A stretch of 64,000 nucleotides of DNA from Candidatus Latescibacterota bacterium (GCA_965243025.1 CBDETY010000003.1:1376001-1440000); one strand, 5' to 3'; positions 31,866 to 43,149 are shown, counted from the first letter of the stretch. A program made the numbers and translations. Notes: a model not told the origin generated them from the sequence alone.

Positions 31866-33059
31866 ATGGCGAAGGAACAATTCGAACGAACAAAGCCCCA
31901 CGTGAACATCGGCACTATCGGGCATGTCGATCACGGAAAAACCACGCTGACGGCGGCGATTACCCTGAACCTGGCCACCAAGGGCTTCGCCGAGGCCAAG
32001 TCGGTCGACGACATCGACAACGCCCCGGAAGAGAAGCAGCGAGGGGTTACGATCAACGTTTCCCATCAGGAGTACGAGACCGAATCGCGTCATTACGCCC
32101 ACGTAGACTGTCCCGGCCACGCGGACTACATAAAGAACATGATCACCGGCGCCGCCCAGATGGATGGCGCGATTCTCGTGGTCAGCGCCGCCGATGGACC
32201 CATGATTCAGACCCGGGAACACATACTCCTGGCCCGGCAGGTAAACGTTCCGCGGATCGTCGTCTATATGAACAAGGTCGACATGGTCGATGACCCCGAG
32301 CTTCTGGATCTCGTCGAACTGGAAACCCGGGAACTGCTGTCGGAATACGATTTTCCGGGTGATGACATTCCCGTCGTGCGTGGATCCGCCCTGAAAGCCG
32401 TGGAAGGGGAGGACAGCGAGATCGGCACCGGGTCGATCGAGGAGTTGATGCAGCACGTCGACGATTACATCCCGATGCCGGAGAGACCTGTCGACCAGCC
32501 CTTCCTGATGCCGATCGAGGATGTATTCAGCATCACCGGCCGCGGAACCGTAGGTACCGGCCGCATCGAGCGCGGCCGCGTCAAGACCGGAGAGGATGTC
32601 GAAATCGTCGGCATCAAGGAAACCCGGAAGACGGTGTGCACCGGGGTGGAGATGTTCCGCAAGATTCTGGATGAGGGAGAGGCGGGCGACAACGTCGGAC
32701 TGCTTCTCCGCGGCGTTGAAAAAGAGGAGCTTTTGCGCGGCATGGTGCTCTGCCAGCCCGCTAGTATTACTCCCCACACCAAATTCAAGGCGGAGGTGTA
32801 CGTGCTGACGGCCAAGGAAGGCGGCCGCGAGAAGCCGTTCTTCACCGGGTACCGGCCGCAGTTCTATTTCCGCACGACCGACGTTACTGGAGCGATCACC
32901 CTGCCGGAAGGAACGGAGATGGTAATGCCAGGCGACAACGTAACTATGGATGTCGACCTGACTCCCGTTCCCATCGCGATCGAAGAGCAGTTGCGCTTCG
33001 CGATCCGCGAAGGCGGCCGCACGATCGGTTCGGGAGTCGTGGTCAGCATCGCCGAATAG
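31866..33059 (+). CDS. tuf: Elongation factor Tu
   Basis: [30 protein letters not shown]. Confidence 0.99.
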   Translation: MAKEQFERTKPHVNIGTIGHVDHGKTTLTAAITLNLATKGFAEAKSVDDIDNAPEEKQRGVTINVSHQEYETESRHYAHVDCPGHADYIKNMITGAAQMDGAILVVSAADGPMIQTREHILLARQVNVPRIVVYMNKVDMVDDPELLDLVELETRELLSEYDFPGDDIPVVRGSALKAVEGEDSEIGTGSIEELMQHVDDYIPMPERPVDQPFLMPIEDVFSITGRGTVGTGRIERGRVKTGEDVEIVGIKETRKTVCTGVEMFRKILDEGEAGDNVGLLLRGVEKEELLRGMVLCQPASITPHTKFKAEVYVLTAKEGGREKPFFTGYRPQFYFRTTDVTGAITLPEGTEMVMPGDNVTMDVDLTPVPIAIEEQLRFAIREGGRTIGSGVVVSIAE

Positions 33060-33087
33060 GGCGGACAAGGGACGGACGGGACTCCCC

Positions 33088-33396
33088 GTGGCAATAGATC
33101 GAATACGCATACGCTTGAAGGCCTACGACCATGCCGCTTTGGACAGGTCTGTCGACGAAATCGTTCAGACAGTCAGGCGAAGCGGTGCGCGAATTGCCGG
33201 CCCGGTTCCCCTGCCTACCGACAGGACGGTTTACACCGTGCTGCGCGGTCCGCACGTCGACAAGAAGTCCCGTGAGCAGTTCGAGACGCGTATTCACAAA
33301 CGCCTGATCGACATCTACGATTCGACCCCGCAAACCGTCGATTCCCTGATGAAGCTCGATCTGCCCGCCGGAATCGGCATCGATATCAAGGTCTGA
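33088..33396 (+). CDS. rpsJ: 30S ribosomal protein S10
   Basis: [29 protein letters not shown]. Confidence 0.98.
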   Translation: MAIDRIRIRLKAYDHAALDRSVDEIVQTVRRSGARIAGPVPLPTDRTVYTVLRGPHVDKKSREQFETRIHKRLIDIYDSTPQTVDSLMKLDLPAGIGIDIKV

Positions 33397-33403
33397 GGAC
33401 AGG

Positions 33404-34045
33404 TTGGCGGTGAAAACAAGTGTCGAGGTGGTAAATATCGATGGCGGGAAAGCCGGCACTGTCGAACTTCCGGAACACTTGTTTGGTGCCGAGGTCAACG
33501 AGAACGCCGTCTACAGCGCAGTGGTTGCGTACGAAACCCACCAACGACAAGGTACCGCCTCCACGAAAACCCGTTCGGAGGTCAATCGTACCGGGCGAAA
33601 GCACCACCGCCAAAAGGGAACCGGCCAGGCTCGACGGGGGACGGCGGCCACCAATCTGCTTCGCGGGGGCGGCGTGGCTTTCGGCCCCAAGCCGCGGTCC
33701 TATTCTCATAAGCTGACCAAGCAGCTGAAGAGGAAAGCGTTTTCTTCGGCGTTGACGCGGAAAAGTCGAGATGGACGGCTTGTCGTTGTCCAGGATTTCG
33801 AGTTTTCCGAGCCAAGTACCAAGTCTTTTGTCCGGGTGCTCGGCGCGGTCGGCCTCGAGGGAGAAAAAGTGCTTTTTGTGACCCCCCAAAGCCGGGAGAC
33901 ACTGGTCAAATCCTGCCGCAATATTCCAGGCATTGAAATAAGGCCTGCGAATAACGTTTCGACCTATGACGTGGTTTCGGCCAGTACCGTGTTGATGACG
34001 GAGAAGGCGGTTGCCGCACTTGCGGGAATTCACTCGGGCAAATGA
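33404..34045 (+). CDS. rplD: 50S ribosomal protein L4
   Basis: [31 protein letters not shown]. The start may be GTG 33410. Confidence 0.96.
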   Translation: MAVKTSVEVVNIDGGKAGTVELPEHLFGAEVNENAVYSAVVAYETHQRQGTASTKTRSEVNRTGRKHHRQKGTGQARRGTAATNLLRGGGVAFGPKPRSYSHKLTKQLKRKAFSSALTRKSRDGRLVVVQDFEFSEPSTKSFVRVLGAVGLEGEKVLFVTPQSRETLVKSCRNIPGIEIRPANNVSTYDVVSASTVLMTEKAVAALAGIHSGK

Positions 34046-34329
34046 CAAATCCACGCACTGTATTACATGCCCCGGTGGTCACCGAAAAGGCGACGAATCT
34101 GCGCGATCGCAACACCTATACCTTCAAGGTCGATCGCCGGGCCAACAAGATCCAGATTCGGAACGCGATCGAATCGATCTTCGATGTCAGAGTCCAATCG
34201 GTCAGGGTCGTGAACGTTCGTCGCAAGCCGAAGCGGCAAGGGATGTTTGCAGGTTCCACCAGTGCGTGGAAAAAAGCCTACATAACCTTGCGGGCGGGCG
34301 ACACCATCGAATTCCTCGAGGCCGTATAA
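34042..34329 (+). CDS. rplW: 50S ribosomal protein L23
   Basis: [21 protein letters not shown]. Confidence 0.96.
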   Translation: MTNPRTVLHAPVVTEKATNLRDRNTYTFKVDRRANKIQIRNAIESIFDVRVQSVRVVNVRRKPKRQGMFAGSTSAWKKAYITLRAGDTIEFLEAV

Positions 34330-35159
34330 TGGCTGTCAAGAGATTCAGACCGACTACGCCGACGCAGCGCTACAAGACGGTCAATTCCTTTGAGGATGTG
34401 ACTGCGTCTTCCCCCGAGAAGAGCCTGACATCAGCCCTGTCGAAAAGCGGGGGGCGCAATAACCGTGGCCGCATAACGATGCGCCGCCGCGGAGGCGGCC
34501 ACAAACGACGCTACCGGATTGTCGACTTCAAGCGCGACAAGGATGGGGTGGAAGGGAAGGTGGCGACGATAGAATACGATCCGAATCGCTCGGCATTCAT
34601 TGCGTTGATCTTCTACCGTGACGGGGAAAAGCGATACATCCTCGCTCCGCAGGGGCTGAAGGTTGGCAGCCCGGTTAATTCGGGCCCGGAGGCTCCCATC
34701 GCTGTCGGGAATGCATTGCCCTTGTCGAGGATCCCAGTCGGGTCGACAGTTCACAATATCGAGCTGAATCCCGGGCAGGGCGCACGTCTGGCCCGTAGCG
34801 CAGGGGTCGGGGTTCAGCTCATGACCAGGGACGAACGCCGGGCGCAGCTGAGGATGCCGTCAGGCGAAATTCGCGAGGTCCCGGTCCAGTGTCGGGCTAC
34901 CCTGGGCCAAGTCGGGAATACCGACCACGGCAACGTGGTTCTCGGGAAGGCGGGCAGGTCGCGCTGGCTTGGAAGGCGGCCCAAGGTTCGCGGGGTGGTT
35001 ATGAATCCAGTCGATCATCCCCACGGGGGGGGCGAAGGCAAGTCGTCGGGAGGGAGACACCCCGTGACTCCGTGGGGCAAGCCTACCAAGGGATGCAAGA
35101 CTCGTCGCAGGGGCAAGAAGTCGGATCCCTGGATAGTCCGGCGGCGTGGAGTCAAGTAG
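34329..35159 (+). CDS. rplB: 50S ribosomal protein L2
   Basis: [31 protein letters not shown]. Confidence 0.98.
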   Translation: MAVKRFRPTTPTQRYKTVNSFEDVTASSPEKSLTSALSKSGGRNNRGRITMRRRGGGHKRRYRIVDFKRDKDGVEGKVATIEYDPNRSAFIALIFYRDGEKRYILAPQGLKVGSPVNSGPEAPIAVGNALPLSRIPVGSTVHNIELNPGQGARLARSAGVGVQLMTRDERRAQLRMPSGEIREVPVQCRATLGQVGNTDHGNVVLGKAGRSRWLGRRPKVRGVVMNPVDHPHGGGEGKSSGGRHPVTPWGKPTKGCKTRRRGKKSDPWIVRRRGVK

Positions 35160-35183
35160 CCTCAGTCAGGCAGAAAGACAGAA

Positions 35184-35471
35184 ATGGCCAGATCGGTAAA
35201 AAAGGGCCCGTTTGTAGACGACAAGCTGGCTGCCAGAATCGAAGACCTGAACCGGACCGGCGAAAAGAAGGTTCTGCAGACCTGGTCCAGGCGGTCTACG
35301 ATCACTCCTGATTTTCTAGGGCATACGCTGGCGGTTCACAACGGCAACAAGTTCATTCCGGTCTATATCACCGAGAATATGGTGGGGCACAAGCTCGGGG
35401 AGTTTGCACCGACCAGGACTTTTCGAGGTCACGGCGGCCGGACAACCGAGCGCACCACCGGAGTCCGTTGA
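35184..35471 (+). CDS. rpsS: 30S ribosomal protein S19
   Basis: [25 protein letters not shown]. Confidence 0.98.
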   Translation: MARSVKKGPFVDDKLAARIEDLNRTGEKKVLQTWSRRSTITPDFLGHTLAVHNGNKFIPVYITENMVGHKLGEFAPTRTFRGHGGRTTERTTGVR

Positions 35472-35479
35472 GAATCCCG

Positions 35480-35869
35480 ATGCAAGCGAGAGCTGTTGCC
35501 AGGCAGGTGGGCGTGCCGGCCACCAAGGTACGCCAGGTGATCGACCTGATCCGCAACCGGCCTGTTGAAGAGGCGCTTACAATTCTCAGGTTTTCAAACA
35601 GAGCGGTAGCGGGAACCATCGAAAAGACCCTGCGCTCGGCCATTTCCAACGCCGTTAACCAGGACGAAGAGAACCCGGTCGACGCCGGCGACCTGATCGT
35701 CCAATCGGTTTTCGCCGACGAAGGGCGAGACCTGAAACGGATCAGGCCTCGCGCCCGCGGCGCTGCTCATCGAATCCGCAAGCGCCACAGCCACATTACC
35801 GTCGTCGTCACGGACGAGACTGATCCCGGGAGCAGCCGGGCAAACGAAATCGAAAAGGGGCAGGAATAG
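35480..35869 (+). CDS. rplV: 50S ribosomal protein L22
   Basis: KVRQVIDLIR, SAISNA, RPRARG, SHITVVV. Confidence 0.96.
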   Translation: MQARAVARQVGVPATKVRQVIDLIRNRPVEEALTILRFSNRAVAGTIEKTLRSAISNAVNQDEENPVDAGDLIVQSVFADEGRDLKRIRPRARGAAHRIRKRHSHITVVVTDETDPGSSRANEIEKGQE

Positions 35870-36541
35870 TTGGGGCAGAAAACACATCCATACGGATTCA
35901 GGCTGGGCATCATCAAGGGATGGCGATCCAACTGGTTTACCGACAGGGAATACCCGGAACTCCTCAAGGAGGACCTGATGCTTCGTCGGTACATCCATCA
36001 ACGCCTGCAAAGAGCCGGTGTCTCTCGTATCAACATCGAACGCCGTCCCAAGAGAGTTACAATCGAGGTGTTCACGGCGCGTCCGGGAATTGCCATCGGT
36101 CGTCGGGGCGCGGAGGTGGACAAGCTGAGGGACGAATTGAAGCAGCTGACCGCAAAGGATGTGTCGCTGAATATCCAGGAAGTGAAGAAGCCGGAACTCG
36201 ATGCCCAGCTTGTCGCGGACAACCTCGCCCGCCAACTCGAACAGAGAGTCGCATTTCGCCGCGCTCTCAAGAAGTCGGTGGCTTCGTCGATGCGCATGGG
36301 TGCGGAGGGAATCCGGATTGTTTGCTCAGGCCGCATCGGTGGAGCCGAGATGTCCCGGCGCGAGCGTTCCGAGCCCGCGGGGAGGGTTCCACTGCACACC
36401 CTCCGGGCCGACATCGATTACGCCACCGCCACCGCATTCACGATATCGGGTACGGTTGGGGTGAAGGTCTGGATCTGTCATGGAGAAGTCGTCGAGGAAG
36501 ACGAAATGGCCAGCGACGCCATAGGCCAGAGACAGGGATAG
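35870..36541 (+). CDS. rpsC: 30S ribosomal protein S3
   Basis: [32 protein letters not shown]. Confidence 0.98.
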   Translation: MGQKTHPYGFRLGIIKGWRSNWFTDREYPELLKEDLMLRRYIHQRLQRAGVSRINIERRPKRVTIEVFTARPGIAIGRRGAEVDKLRDELKQLTAKDVSLNIQEVKKPELDAQLVADNLARQLEQRVAFRRALKKSVASSMRMGAEGIRIVCSGRIGGAEMSRRERSEPAGRVPLHTLRADIDYATATAFTISGTVGVKVWICHGEVVEEDEMASDAIGQRQG

Positions 36542-36551
36542 GGTCAGACCC

Positions 36552-36968
36552 GTGTTGATGCCGAAAAAAACGGAATGGCGCAAGCAGAACCGTGGCCGCA
36601 TGAGAGGACAGAGCAAGGGTGGGGCCATGGTTTCGTTCGGGGAGTTCGGCCTCAAGGCGCTCGAACCGGGATGGATCAGCAACCGACAGATCGAGGCTGC
36701 CCGAATCGCGATCAGCCGGGCCATGAGTCGAACCGGAAAGATGTGGATTCGCGTTTTTCCCGATAAGCCGATTACCAAGAAACCAGCCGAAACCAGGATG
36801 GGAAAAGGAAAGGGAGCTCCCGAAGGTTGGGTCGCGGTGGTAAAACCTGGCCGCATCATGTTTGAGCTGTCGGGTGTTCCTCTGGAAATGGCCAAGGAAG
36901 CCTTGCGGAAGGCTGGAAACAAACTGCCGATCAGGACAAAATTCGTCGAGAGGACTGGCGGGGTTTGA
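36552..36968 (+). CDS. rplP: 50S ribosomal protein L16
   Basis: [24 protein letters not shown]. Confidence 0.98.
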   Translation: MLMPKKTEWRKQNRGRMRGQSKGGAMVSFGEFGLKALEPGWISNRQIEAARIAISRAMSRTGKMWIRVFPDKPITKKPAETRMGKGKGAPEGWVAVVKPGRIMFELSGVPLEMAKEALRKAGNKLPIRTKFVERTGGV

Positions 36969-37201
36969 AAGCGGGTGAACTGAGAGAGCAGAATGTCGGG
37001 GAATTGACCCGGCGCCTGGATGAGCTGACCGAGGAGCGTTTCAATCTCAGGTTCCAGCATGCCCTGGGTCAGTTGAGCAGTCCGATCAGGTTGCGGGAGG
37101 TGAGGCGTGAACTCGCAATTGTGCGCACTGTATTGCGCGAGCATTTCCTGGGAATCCGCGTGCTTCCCTCGGGCTCGGAAGAAAAAGCGGGCAACGGATA
37201 A
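36965..37201 (+). CDS. rpmC: 50S ribosomal protein L29
   Basis: [18 protein letters not shown]; position in the operon. Confidence 0.94.
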   Translation: MKAGELREQNVGELTRRLDELTEERFNLRFQHALGQLSSPIRLREVRRELAIVRTVLREHFLGIRVLPSGSEEKAGNG

Positions 37202-37245
37202 GAACCCATGCAAAGTAGAACTACCAGCCTCTTTGTGAGAGACAA

Positions 37246-37518
37246 ATGAGAAAAGCAGGGGACAGAGGCGGTCGGATATTCGAAGGCACTATCGTGCGCG
37301 CGCGGAATGACAAGACTCGCGTCGTTCAGATCGATCAACGTTTGACGAACACTCTGTATGGACGTCGCATAAAGCGGATTGCAAAATTCGTTGCCCACGA
37401 TGAAAAGAACCAATCCGAAGTCGGCGACGTAGTGCGCATTCGTGAAACCCGACCCTTGAGCCGCACGAAGCGATGGAGACTGGTCGAGATAATTAAAAAA
37501 GCCCAGGCTGGAAAGTGA
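37246..37518 (+). CDS. rpsQ: 30S ribosomal protein S17
   Basis: AHDEKN, GDVVRIRETRPLSRTKRWRL. Confidence 0.94.
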   Translation: MRKAGDRGGRIFEGTIVRARNDKTRVVQIDQRLTNTLYGRRIKRIAKFVAHDEKNQSEVGDVVRIRETRPLSRTKRWRLVEIIKKAQAGK

Positions 37519-37541
37519 ATGGTTGAAGAGGTCATTACACA

Positions 37542-37910
37542 ATGGTAAGGGAATATTCGGTCCTCAGGATGGCGGACAACGCCGGCGCGCGACGGGCCAG
37601 GTGTATCCGCGTTTTGGGCGGTTCGCGGAAACGCTACGCCGGAGTCGGCGACATGGTTGTCGTGGCAGTGCACGACGTGACTCCCAACGGACCTCTGAAA
37701 GAAGGGGATGTCTGCCGGGCTGTAGTCGTGCGCACAAAGAAGGAGTTCCGTCGGCCGGACGGTTCCTACATCCGCTTCGACGACAATGCCGCTGTCCTTC
37801 TCGACACCAACAATGAACCGCGCGGGACTCGCATTTTCGGTCCCGTGGCTCGCGAGCTGAGAGACCGCCAATTCATGCGCATCGTCTCCTTGGCCCCGGA
37901 AGTGGTATAG
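37542..37910 (+). CDS. rplN: 50S ribosomal protein L14
   Basis: [33 protein letters not shown]. Confidence 0.97.
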   Translation: MVREYSVLRMADNAGARRARCIRVLGGSRKRYAGVGDMVVVAVHDVTPNGPLKEGDVCRAVVVRTKKEFRRPDGSYIRFDDNAAVLLDTNNEPRGTRIFGPVARELRDRQFMRIVSLAPEVV

Positions 37911-38060
37911 GCATGTCGGTCTCGGCCAATCACCCGTTTCCCTGGCTCCTGGGTATCGCGGATTTTTCCTCTCTCGACCCCTACTTGGGTTTTGCGCTCC
38001 GGGACCCTGGGTTCGGGAGTGCCCACCGGGTATTCCCTGGAACTGAACGAGGGCTTTGAC

Positions 38061-38378
38061 ATGCACTTCCGAGAGGGGGATACGGTTGAGGTCATTAGCG
38101 GCAACGAGAAGGGAAGGAGGGGCAGGGTGCTGAAGGTCTTCCGCGAGACGGATCGCCTGATCGTTGAAGGCATACGCATGATGAAAAAACACACCAAACC
38201 GACTCAACGGGATCCGCAAGGCGGAATCGTGGAGCGCGAAGCATCGATCCATGCTTCGAGCGTCATGATTGTTTGTCCCCAAACGGACCGGCCGACGCGA
38301 GTACGAAAGCAGCGTCTTGAAGATGGCCGAAGCATGCGGGTATCGGCTCGCAGTGGCGAAATGATTGACTCGGAGTGA
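38061..38378 (+). CDS. rplX: 50S ribosomal protein L24
   Basis: [16 protein letters not shown] motif, [11 protein letters not shown]. Confidence 0.95.
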   Translation: MHFREGDTVEVISGNEKGRRGRVLKVFRETDRLIVEGIRMMKKHTKPTQRDPQGGIVEREASIHASSVMIVCPQTDRPTRVRKQRLEDGRSMRVSARSGEMIDSE

Positions 38379-38382
38379 CGGG

Positions 38383-38922
38383 ATGTCCAGGCTGAAGGAA
38401 GAATATCGGAAGCGCATCATCCCGGCCATGCGCGAAAAGTTCGATTACAAGAACGTCAACCAGGTGCCGGAACTGGAGAAGATTGTCGTCAACGCCGGCG
38501 TTGGTGAAGCGGCCCAGGAATCGAAGCTTCTCGACAACGTCGTTGCCGAACTGACCGCAATCACCGGCCAACGGGCGACGGTTCGCAGGGCGAGAAAAGC
38601 TATCTCCAACTTCAAGCTGCGGCAGGGTATGCCCGTCGGTGCAATGGTCACTTTGCGCCGCGAAATCATGTACGAATTTCTCGATCGCCTCGTGAACTTC
38701 GCGCTTCCCCAGGTGAGGGATTTTCGCGGTTTGTCGAACCGCAGTTTCGACGGTCGTGGAAACTACACGCTCGGCATCAGAGAGCAGATCATTTTTCCGG
38801 AGATCGATTACGACGCGATTGATCGCATTCGGGGAATGGATATAACAATCGTCACCTCCGCATCAACCGACGAAGAAGCCCTCGAACTTCTGCGGCAGTT
38901 CGGGGCCCCGTTCAGCAACTGA
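38383..38922 (+). CDS. rplE: 50S ribosomal protein L5
   Basis: [33 protein letters not shown]. Confidence 0.98.
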   Translation: MSRLKEEYRKRIIPAMREKFDYKNVNQVPELEKIVVNAGVGEAAQESKLLDNVVAELTAITGQRATVRRARKAISNFKLRQGMPVGAMVTLRREIMYEFLDRLVNFALPQVRDFRGLSNRSFDGRGNYTLGIREQIIFPEIDYDAIDRIRGMDITIVTSASTDEEALELLRQFGAPFSN

Positions 38923-38948
38923 TCGAAACGAGAGGAAACGATTAGCGA

Positions 38949-39134
38949 ATGCCGAAAAAGTGCCTCCTGATAAAGGCCGCCCGCGAACCGAAATTCAAGG
39001 TGAGAAAATATACTCGCTGCCAGCGCTGTGGCCGCCCCCGCGGCGTTTATCGCAAGTTCGGATTATGCCGGATCTGTTTCCGAGAGCTTGCCTTGCAGGG
39101 CGAGATTCCCGGTGTGACCAAGGCGAGCTGGTAG
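38949..39134 (+). CDS. rpsN: 30S ribosomal protein S14, short Zn-binding type
   Basis: RCQRCGRPR...LCRICFR...PGVTKASW. Confidence 0.96.
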   Translation: MPKKCLLIKAAREPKFKVRKYTRCQRCGRPRGVYRKFGLCRICFRELALQGEIPGVTKASW

Positions 39135-39143
39135 GGAATTGCG

Positions 39144-39542
39144 ATGAGTATGACCGATCCGATAGCGGACCTTCTGACGCGGATCCGCAATGCGTGCGGA
39201 GCGAAACACTCGCGAGTCGACGTTCCGGCCTCGAAGCTCAAGAGGGAAATCGCCCGCGTCCTTGCTGAAGAAAGGTTTATCGACAACTTCGCGTTTTTCG
39301 AAGACGGCAAACAAGGGCAGCTACGCCTGTACCTTCGCTACGGCGAGGACTCGGTAAGCGTGATCCAGGGGTTGCGCAGAGTCAGCAAGCCGGGACTGAG
39401 ACAATACTCGACCAAGGGGAAAATCCCGCGCGTTCGCAACGGATTGGGTATATCGATCCTCTCAACCTCGCGTGGCGTAATGACTGACAGGGATGCGCGC
39501 AAGACGGGTGTCGGTGGTGAGATCCTCTGCAGCGTCTGGTAG
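39144..39542 (+). CDS. rpsH: 30S ribosomal protein S8
   Basis: DPIADLLTRIRNA, SKPGLR, STSRGVMT, GGEIL. Confidence 0.98.
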   Translation: MSMTDPIADLLTRIRNACGAKHSRVDVPASKLKREIARVLAEERFIDNFAFFEDGKQGQLRLYLRYGEDSVSVIQGLRRVSKPGLRQYSTKGKIPRVRNGLGISILSTSRGVMTDRDARKTGVGGEILCSVW

Positions 39543-39584
39543 CATGGGAATGGACGGGCAAGAAGAAATCCGGAGGGCAGGAAG

Positions 39585-40142
39585 ATGTCTCGGGTAGGCA
39601 AACAACCGATCGAGCTCCCGCACGGGGTCGAGGTAGCGGTAACCCCGCCGGAGGTCAGAGTAAAAGGCCCAAAAGGAGAGCTTAACGTAGGCTATCGAGC
39701 AGAAAGAATAACCGTCGAGGCCCGCGAGTCCAAAGTCGTTGTCACCAGAGACTCGGACGAGAAGGAGTCGAAGGCTTTGCACGGGCTCACCCGATCCCTT
39801 ATCGCCAATGCCGTTGTCGGTGTGACCGCCGGGTATCAAAAGTTCCTCGATGTACATGGTGTAGGATTTCGCGCCGAACAGCGGGGAAGGAAGCTGACTC
39901 TTCATATCGGCTACTCCCACACCGTGGAATACGAGGCCCCCGAAGGTGTCGAGGTCAACGTCGTCGATCCAACTGGCGGCGCCCAGGCGAGGATCTCCAT
40001 CTCGGGTATAGACAAACAGAAGGTGGGGCAGGTAACGTCCGAGATTCGCAAAAAGCGCCTTCCCGATCCCTACAAGGGCAAAGGCATTCGCTACGAAGGC
40101 GAGGTCATCCACTGGAAGGCCGGAAAAGCCGCTGTCGCCTAG
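39585..40142 (+). CDS. rplF: 50S ribosomal protein L6
   Basis: SRVGKQPI, VKGPKGEL, PYKGKGIRY. Confidence 0.98.
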   Translation: MSRVGKQPIELPHGVEVAVTPPEVRVKGPKGELNVGYRAERITVEARESKVVVTRDSDEKESKALHGLTRSLIANAVVGVTAGYQKFLDVHGVGFRAEQRGRKLTLHIGYSHTVEYEAPEGVEVNVVDPTGGAQARISISGIDKQKVGQVTSEIRKKRLPDPYKGKGIRYEGEVIHWKAGKAAVA

Positions 40143-40157
40143 GAGGGACTACCGTAG

Positions 40158-40526
40158 ATGGACACGGGAAAGATTGCCAGGAAAAGAGCCGCACGGGCGC
40201 GCCGGCGCAACCGGGGGCGAAAGAAAGTCGTCGGAACTTCCCAGCGTCCGCGTCTTGTGGTTCACCGGAGCCTGCGCAACATAGAGGCGCAGATCATCGA
40301 CGATCATTCCGGGCATTCCCTCGTGGGAATCTCGACGCTTTCGAAAGGGTTTGAAAAGGACGGAGCCAAGCCGGTGGAAAAAGGTCGCGAACTTGGCAGG
40401 ATGATTGCGGAAAAGGCAAAAGAGCAGGGGATCAACCGCGTGGTTTTCGACCGTGCGGGGTTCCTTTACCACGGCATTGTCAAGGCCGTCGCCGATGGTG
40501 CCCGTGAAGGCGGTTTGAGTTTTTGA
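40158..40526 (+). CDS. rplR: 50S ribosomal protein L18
   Basis: [27 protein letters not shown]. Confidence 0.97.
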   Translation: MDTGKIARKRAARARRRNRGRKKVVGTSQRPRLVVHRSLRNIEAQIIDDHSGHSLVGISTLSKGFEKDGAKPVEKGRELGRMIAEKAKEQGINRVVFDRAGFLYHGIVKAVADGAREGGLSF

Positions 40527-40568
40527 GAAACGACAGGCTGGACAAAGAAAGCGACTGGGGGAATAGAG

Positions 40569-41075
40569 TTGGCGAAGCGAATTGACGCAGGCAATATGGA
40601 ACTTGCGGAAGTGGTCGTACAGAACAGCGTCAGGCGCGTTTCCCACGTAAGGAAGGGAGGCCGGAATTTCAGCTTTTCCGCCATGGTTGTCGTTGGCGAC
40701 CGCAACGGCCATGTCGGTGTGGGCTCGGGGAAAGCCGGGGAGGTGGCGGAAGCGATACGCAAGGGAACGGAAAACGCCAAGAAGAACGTCGTCGAGGTTC
40801 CGGTTGTCGACGGAACCATTCCCCACGAGGTCGTCGGCAAGTTCAGCGCCGCCAAAGTGCTTCTGAAACCAGCATCTCCGGGAACGGGAGTAATTGCCAG
40901 CGGCGGCATTCGAATCGTGCTCGACCTCGCCGGAGTTCACGACATCCTTACCAAATCCCTGGGTTCCTCCAACTCCCAGAATACGATCAAGGCGACGATG
41001 GAGGGCCTTCGCGAACTTCAGGATGTCGAGGCGGTGGCGCGGATGCGGGGGGTCGCGGTCAAAGGCTTGCGATGA
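40569..41075 (+). CDS. rpsE: 30S ribosomal protein S5
   Basis: [30 protein letters not shown]. Confidence 0.97.
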   Translation: MAKRIDAGNMELAEVVVQNSVRRVSHVRKGGRNFSFSAMVVVGDRNGHVGVGSGKAGEVAEAIRKGTENAKKNVVEVPVVDGTIPHEVVGKFSAAKVLLKPASPGTGVIASGGIRIVLDLAGVHDILTKSLGSSNSQNTIKATMEGLRELQDVEAVARMRGVAVKGLR

Positions 41076-41257
41076 AGCTCTCGATCAGGCAAAGAAAAAG
41101 CACCATTGGCAGACCGGGTAAGCAGCATCGGACGCTGCGCGCCCTCGGTATCCGCCGGATGCACCAAGAGGTGTTGCATGAGGACACCCCGCAGATCCGG
41201 GGCATGATTCGGTCGATATCCCATCTCCTGGAAGTCGAGGAGATCGTCAATGGCTGA
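41072..41257 (+). CDS. rpmD: 50S ribosomal protein L30
   Basis: [17 protein letters not shown]; position in the operon. Confidence 0.93.
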   Translation: MKLSIRQRKSTIGRPGKQHRTLRALGIRRMHQEVLHEDTPQIRGMIRSISHLLEVEEIVNG

Positions 41258-41290
41258 ACGTTGAACAGGGAATTGCGAGGTCCTCAGGAA

Positions 41291-41746
41291 ATGGATTTGG
41301 GAAAACTGCATCCGCCGCAAGGGGCGCGTCGTGCGGGAAAGCGCCGCGGCCAGGGAGTGGGGAGTGGCACGGGCAAGACCGCCGGCCGCGGTCACAAAGG
41401 GCAGCGGTCGCGTTCCGGGGCACGGCGCGGGAGCCGCGTCGGGTTCGAGGGCGGACAGATGCCCCTCTACCGCAGGCTTCCCAAAATCGGGTTTTCCAAC
41501 CAGCGATTCCGACGCGTATACCAAGTTGTCAACCTGGCCGGGATCGAGTCCCGTGGTCTCGAGGGAGAGGTGGGTCCTCCGGAGTTGAAAGCGGCCGGTC
41601 TCATTCGCAAAGCGACCCTGCCCGTCAAGATTCTGGGAACGGGAACAGTGGCTCGTCCCTTGACGGTCAGGGCACATGCGTTTTCGAATTCGGCCAGGGA
41701 AAAAATCGCCGCCGCCGGGGGCAGCGCCGAAACCCTGGAAAAATAA
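41291..41746 (+). CDS. rplO: 50S ribosomal protein L15
   Basis: GSGTGKTAGRGHKGQ, FEGGQMPLYRRLPK.GF. Confidence 0.97.
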   Translation: MDLGKLHPPQGARRAGKRRGQGVGSGTGKTAGRGHKGQRSRSGARRGSRVGFEGGQMPLYRRLPKIGFSNQRFRRVYQVVNLAGIESRGLEGEVGPPELKAAGLIRKATLPVKILGTGTVARPLTVRAHAFSNSAREKIAAAGGSAETLEK

Positions 41747-41767
41747 GCCCCACCTGACCTGAGCAAC

Positions 41768-43117
41768 ATGCCCGTTCTTCTCGAAAGCTTTCAAAACTGC
41801 TTCAAGATTCCCGACCTGCGGCGGAAGATCCTGTTCACCTGCGGGATTCTCGTCATTTACAGGGTCGGCGGACAGATCACGGTGCCGGGAGTAAACTCCG
41901 CCGTACTGCAGGAGTTCTTCGCTGGCGGGGGCAACACGTTGTTCGGGCTTTACGACATGTTCGTCGGTGGTGCCTTCACGAGGGCGACGGTTTTCGCCCT
42001 TGGTATCATGCCCTATATCAGTGCTTCGATTATCCTGCAGCTGATGGGAGCAGTTGTTCCCTTTTTCCAGAAGCTGCAACGGGAAGGGGAAGAAGGACGC
42101 CGCAAGATAAATCAGTACACCCGCTACGGTACCGTTTTTCTCGCCGCCGCCCAGTCGTTGGGGGTCAGTTACTTCCTCGAGAGCATTCGCGGCCCCGGCT
42201 CGGGGATCGATGCCGTAATAGATCCCGGGATCGGCTTCCGGCTGATGACGATGCTGACGATAACGGCAGGAACCATTTTCATCATGTGGCTCGGTGAACA
42301 GATAACCGAGCGCGGCATCGGTAACGGCATTTCCCTGATCATTTTCGTCGGTATCGTAGCAGAATTGCCCTTCGCAATCAAGAGTGAGTGGCAGAACTAC
42401 CTCCTCAATCGCGGCTTCAGCAAGAGCCTCATCGAAGAATTGTTCCTCGTCGCCCTGATGGTCGTCATTGTCGCCTTCGTGGTGTTGTTGACACAGGGGC
42501 AACGGAAGATACCGGTTCAGTACGCCAAGCGGGTTGTCGGACGGCGGGTTTACGGCGGACAGACGACCCACATTCCGCTACGAATCAACTCCGCCGGGGT
42601 CATCCCGATCATCTTCGCGCAGTCGATCATGTTCCTGCCCGGAACGGTTACCCAGTTTTTTCCGGAAAACGACATGATGCAGTGGCTCGGGGCCTTCTTC
42701 ACCATGGATTCCCTGTTTTACTGGGGCGTTTACGCAACCATGATCGTGTTCTTCTGCTATTTCTATACCGCGATAGTAATGGACCCGAACCAGCTCGCAG
42801 ACAACATGAAACGGCACGGAGGCTTCATACCGGGGGTTCGTCCGGGCAAACGCACGGCGATGTACATCGACCGTATCATGACGCGTATCACGCTTCCAGG
42901 CGCCATCGCTCTCGCGGCGGTTGCAATCTTCCCCTTCTTCGTTACACGCCAGTTTCAGGTTACCCAGTCCTTCTCGCAGTTCTTCGGCGGAACCGGGCTG
43001 CTCATCATTGTCGGGGTCGCTCTCGACACCCTGCAACAACTGGAATCGCAGCTGATGACCCGCCACTACGAGGGCTTCATGAAGGGCGGCGGGAAGATTC
43101 GCGGAAGGCGTCAGTGA
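41768..43117 (+). CDS. secY: Preprotein translocase subunit SecY
   Basis: FALGIMPYISASII, GIGNGISLIIF, AGVIPIIFA, GGFIPGVRPG, FGGTGLLI. Confidence 0.98.
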   Translation: MPVLLESFQNCFKIPDLRRKILFTCGILVIYRVGGQITVPGVNSAVLQEFFAGGGNTLFGLYDMFVGGAFTRATVFALGIMPYISASIILQLMGAVVPFFQKLQREGEEGRRKINQYTRYGTVFLAAAQSLGVSYFLESIRGPGSGIDAVIDPGIGFRLMTMLTITAGTIFIMWLGEQITERGIGNGISLIIFVGIVAELPFAIKSEWQNYLLNRGFSKSLIEELFLVALMVVIVAFVVLLTQGQRKIPVQYAKRVVGRRVYGGQTTHIPLRINSAGVIPIIFAQSIMFLPGTVTQFFPENDMMQWLGAFFTMDSLFYWGVYATMIVFFCYFYTAIVMDPNQLADNMKRHGGFIPGVRPGKRTAMYIDRIMTRITLPGAIALAAVAIFPFFVTRQFQVTQSFSQFFGGTGLLIIVGVALDTLQQLESQLMTRHYEGFMKGGGKIRGRRQ

Positions 43118-43149
43118 GGGGATAACCAGGTTAACTTCAAGGTAGGGAA

